Positions 60,836 through 64,000 of a stretch of 64,000 nt of DNA are shown here, piece by piece. The translations under genes and the position numbers were made by a program. Numbering within the stretch: the stretch's first letter is position 1; each line of letters opens with the position of its first letter. A model generated the notes under the pieces. It did no database searches, was not told the origin of the DNA, and was given only the letters and a program-made list of their open reading frames with translations. Origin of the DNA: a bacterium (GTDB taxonomy: Bacteria; RBG-13-61-14; DATKZS01); NCBI GenBank assembly GCA_963674965.2, contig CAXXFL010000001.1, forward strand, positions 64,001-128,000, in the 5' to 3' direction.

Positions 60836-62584
60836 ATGGGAAAGTATTCTCCTAACGTGATCGCCAACTGTCTGGCTTCCTGCGCCATGCACAACCCCGG
60901 CGGGGAGGTGGTCGTTTACGGCGACCGTCGCGTCACCTGGCTCGAGCTTTGGACGCGGTCGTCGAAGCTGGCCAACGCCCTGATCGGGCTGGGCGTGAAA
61001 AAAGGCGACAAGGTCTGCTTCATGTTCCACAACGTTCCCGAGTTCCTGGAGGTCAACTACGCGGTCCAGGCGGCGGGCGCGGTCCCGGTGCCCATGAACT
61101 ACCGCTTCATCGCCAGGGAGGTCGAGTATCAGGCCGGCCATTGCGACGCGTCGGTTTTCATTTACGACTCGCTTTTCAACGCGGCCGTGGAGGGCGCGGC
61201 CCCGCGTCTGTCCAAGATCGAGAGCTTCATCCGCCTGGGGGAGGGGGAGCTTTCCGGGGCCCTTGATTACGAGGAGGTGGTCAAGTCGGGCGTCGCCCGT
61301 GACCCGGAGGTCGAGAACGACTGGGACGACGTGGCCGCCATGATTTACACGGGGGGCACGACGGGTTTTCCCAAGGGGGTGATGCTGACTTACGCGGCCC
61401 ACGCCGAGATGCACTCGGCCCTTCTGGCCCGGGTGGTGACGCGAGCGGTTGACGTCCAACTGACGGACGAGCAGATGGCGGGGGTGGGAGACACCTTCCC
61501 TCTTCCGGGGGCCAAGCTTGTCCTTCCCCTTACCCGGACGGGGGCGTTCAAGCGTTTCATGAAGCGGGAGGGCGTTTACAAGGCCATATACAAGGGATTA
61601 TACCGCGCCTATACTCATCCCGAGGTGGCGCGTTTCGCCTACGACAAGACGCTCAAATACATGATCCCTTCCATGCCTCTTTTTCACGACGCCTCCTACC
61701 AGATACTTTTCCTGGCCTCCATGTTCGGCAACATCTGCTTCGTGCTGGTGGACGACGTGAAGTTCAACCCCGAGAGGGTCCTGGCCCTGGCGGAGAAGGA
61801 GGAAATCCTTTTCATGGCCAACGTGCCCACGGGCTGGAAAAAGATCGTGGGCTTCGAGGGTCGGCACAAGTTCAACCTCGAGTCCGTCAAGATCGCCGCC
61901 ACCGGGGCGGGCGCGGCCTCGGCCGGCCTCAAGAAAAAGATATTCGAGACCTTTCCCAACATCATCGTGGTCGACATGTTCGGCCAGACGGAGATGACGC
62001 CCATTACCACCTTCCGCATCGACGCCGACCCCTCGACCTTAAAGGACAGGTCGGTGGGCAAGTCCATCATCGAGGCCAAGGTGGTGGACGAGAGTGGAAG
62101 GGAGCTTCCACAAGGCGAGATCGGCGAGATACTTTACAAGTCCAAAACGGTGATGAAGGGCTACTACAAGGACGAGGAAAAGACCGGCGAGGTCATAAAC
62201 GACGGTTGGTTCCGGGGCGGCGACCTGGGCTACATCGACGATGAGGGCGAGATCAGGCTGGTGGACCGGAAGAAGGAGTGCATCAACACCGGCGGCGAGA
62301 AGGTTTTTCCCCTCGAGGTGGAGGAGGTCATACACGAGCACGAGGCGGTGGACGACGCGTGCGTCATCGGCGTGCCCGACGAGGATTGGGGCTCGACGGT
62401 GCGGGCGGTGGTTCAGCTCAAGCCCGGCAAGGACGCCTCGGAAAAGGAGATCATCGATTTCCTTCGCGACAAGCTGGCGGGCTACAAGATTCCCAAGTCC
62501 GTGGTATTCGTCAAGGAGCTTCCCCTCTCTCCCGTGGGCAAGGTCCTGCGGGCCAAGATTCGGGAACAATACGGCCGGCCGTGA
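60836..62584 (+). CDS. Long-chain fatty acid--CoA ligase (AMP-binding)
   Basis: YTGGTTGFPKG, FGQTE, GWF.GGDLG, DRKKE.INTGGEKV, LPLSPVGK. Confidence 0.92.
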   Translation: MGKYSPNVIANCLASCAMHNPGGEVVVYGDRRVTWLELWTRSSKLANALIGLGVKKGDKVCFMFHNVPEFLEVNYAVQAAGAVPVPMNYRFIAREVEYQAGHCDASVFIYDSLFNAAVEGAAPRLSKIESFIRLGEGELSGALDYEEVVKSGVARDPEVENDWDDVAAMIYTGGTTGFPKGVMLTYAAHAEMHSALLARVVTRAVDVQLTDEQMAGVGDTFPLPGAKLVLPLTRTGAFKRFMKREGVYKAIYKGLYRAYTHPEVARFAYDKTLKYMIPSMPLFHDASYQILFLASMFGNICFVLVDDVKFNPERVLALAEKEEILFMANVPTGWKKIVGFEGRHKFNLESVKIAATGAGAASAGLKKKIFETFPNIIVVDMFGQTEMTPITTFRIDADPSTLKDRSVGKSIIEAKVVDESGRELPQGEIGEILYKSKTVMKGYYKDEEKTGEVINDGWFRGGDLGYIDDEGEIRLVDRKKECINTGGEKVFPLEVEEVIHEHEAVDDACVIGVPDEDWGSTVRAVVQLKPGKDASEKEIIDFLRDKLAGYKIPKSVVFVKELPLSPVGKVLRAKIREQYGRP

Positions 62585-62604
62585 AGATAAATCAAAGGAG
62601 GACG

Positions 62605-62631
62605 AAAAGGCGGACGCGCTCCGCCCTTTTT
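62605..62631. terminator. Probable bidirectional intrinsic terminator
   Basis: AAAAGGCGGA-CGCGC-TCCGCC-CTTTTT between convergent genes. Confidence 0.6.
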
Positions 62632-63572
62632 CATTTGTAAAGCCCGCGCTCCCATTCCACCTGGGCCTTGAGGCCCTCGGCGAGGGGGGTGGCGGGCACA
62701 AAGCCCGTCTCTTCGCGAAGGAGGGTCGCGTCGGCCGAGGTGTCTCTCACGTCCCCTTTCTGGACCTCCTGGAAGACGATCCGGGGCTTTGCCCCCACCA
62801 GTCCGGCCAGGGTCTCGATGGTCTCGAGCAGCTCGACTCGGTGGCCGCCGCCGATGTTGTAGACCCGGCCCTCTTTTCCCCTTTCCATGCACCTCACCGT
62901 TCCCTCGACTATGTCCCGGATGAAGGTGAAGTCGCGGCTCTGTTTCCCGTCGCCGTAAACGATAATATCCTCGCCCTTGAGGAGGGCCTTGATAAAGCGG
63001 TGGAAGGCCATGTCGGGGCGCTGGCGGGGTCCGTAGACGGTGAAGTAGCGAAGACCGATGGCGTCGACGCCGTAGTTGGCCCGGTACAGGTCGGCCAGGG
63101 ACTCGCAGGCCAGCTTGCTCACGCCGTAGGGCGAGCGGGGCCTGGTCCGGTTGCTCTCGCGGGCGGGAAGCTCGTCGGTGTCGCCGTAGACCGAGCTCGA
63201 GGAGGCGTAGACCACTCGGGGCCCTCCCTTTTCCCGGACCGCCTCGAAAAGGCTTTGAGTGGCCTGAATGTTGTGGCGCAGGTAGTGGTCGAAGCTTTTG
63301 CCCCAACTGGCGCGCACTCCCGCCTGGGCCGAGAGATGGTAGACCCCGTCGGCCCCTTCCACCAGCTCGGCAAGGTCGAGGTCGTTGATATCGGCCTCGA
63401 TGAACTCGAGGCGCCCGCGGTCCCGGAAGCCCGAGGCGTTCGTCTCCTTGAGGAACCGGTCGTAATAGTCGGTAAAGCAATCGACGGCGACGACCTTGTG
63501 GCCGTCGGCCAAAAGCCGCTCGCAAAGATGACTCCCTATAAAACCGGCCGCGCCGGTGACTATGTATTTCAT
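62631..63572 (-). CDS. NAD-dependent nucleotide-sugar epimerase/dehydratase
   Basis: Start MKYIVTGAAGFIG at 63572; AQAGVR, YASSSSVYG, YGVSK, RYFTVYGPRQRPDM. Confidence 0.93.
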   Translation of the reverse strand: MKYIVTGAAGFIGSHLCERLLADGHKVVAVDCFTDYYDRFLKETNASGFRDRGRLEFIEADINDLDLAELVEGADGVYHLSAQAGVRASWGKSFDHYLRHNIQATQSLFEAVREKGGPRVVYASSSSVYGDTDELPARESNRTRPRSPYGVSKLACESLADLYRANYGVDAIGLRYFTVYGPRQRPDMAFHRFIKALLKGEDIIVYGDGKQSRDFTFIRDIVEGTVRCMERGKEGRVYNIGGGHRVELLETIETLAGLVGAKPRIVFQEVQKGDVRDTSADATLLREETGFVPATPLAEGLKAQVEWERGLYK

Positions 63573-63745
63573 GGCTTTCCTTTCCCGCCGTGGCCTTTGC
63601 GTTCCCGGCGGCCCCAGCGGAGTTTTCATTATATATCGGGGAGACGGACGCTCAAATGAACGGCGGCCCGCCCCGGCGTTGTAAGTGGGGCCGATGCTTA
63701 CTACAATCTTGTCATAAACGCCCCGGGCGGGAAGGGAGGAAGGTC

Positions 63746-64000
63746 ATGAAAAAAACCATCGCCATCACCGGCGCGTCGGGTTACATAGGGTCGATGCTTC
63801 TCGAGCGGCTCGCGGCCCGGCCGGAGGTGGGCAAAGTCCTGGCCCTGGACGTTAGACCTCCCGGGTATTTGCCGGCCAATTGCGAGTACGCTCGAATCGA
63901 CGTCAGGGACCCCCGCATAGGGAAGCGGCTCGAGGGCGTGGACGCGGTCGTTCACCTCGCCTTTATCGTCTCGGCCATTCACGATCGGGACCTTATCCAT
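63746..64000 (+). CDS. SDR/NAD-dependent epimerase family protein; runs off the window
   Basis: Hand translation MKKTIAITGASGYIG...LALDVR...VDAVVHLAF; GGAGG RBS. Confidence 0.85.
   Translation, partial: MKKTIAITGASGYIGSMLLERLAARPEVGKVLALDVRPPGYLPANCEYARIDVRDPRIGKRLEGVDAVVHLAFIVSAIHDRDLIH

Overview
GC-rich bacterial chromosomal segment. Gene content (DUF5320/NifX operon, DUF3467, DUF2378-like protein, sigma54 promoter, OmpA-like lipoprotein) suggests a diderm, deltaproteobacteria-like organism; this is inference. Left to right: tail of a surface-polysaccharide locus (WecA-like, AsnB-like, sulfatase-like), a dehydrogenase/FGGY kinase pair, a split carA...carB region, an AT-rich patch, a sigma54-type NifX/MinD-ferredoxin/Mrp operon, an IS element with an adjacent MITE, acs, a TetR/aldolase/aminotransferase/kinase/M28 operon, an orphan Phd-like gene, a solitary DNA methyltransferase, a CPA2/RCK transport pair, several palindromic repeat arrays, argH, cutA and trpA. 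The main discovery candidate is a compact 13.3 kb minus-strand virion cluster (47053-60360). It reads portal, protease/scaffold, DUF2190-like cement, capsid, beta-helix protein, adaptor, terminator, tail tube, chaperone pair with an intact -1 slippery site, a tape measure of only ~204 aa, distal tail, hub, holin-like protein, goose-type lysozyme and fibre. No terminase, integrase, repressor, replication gene or att site is visible, and composition looks host-like. It resembles a domesticated, gene-transfer-agent-like particle system. All calls are from motif recognition by eye; no searches were run.
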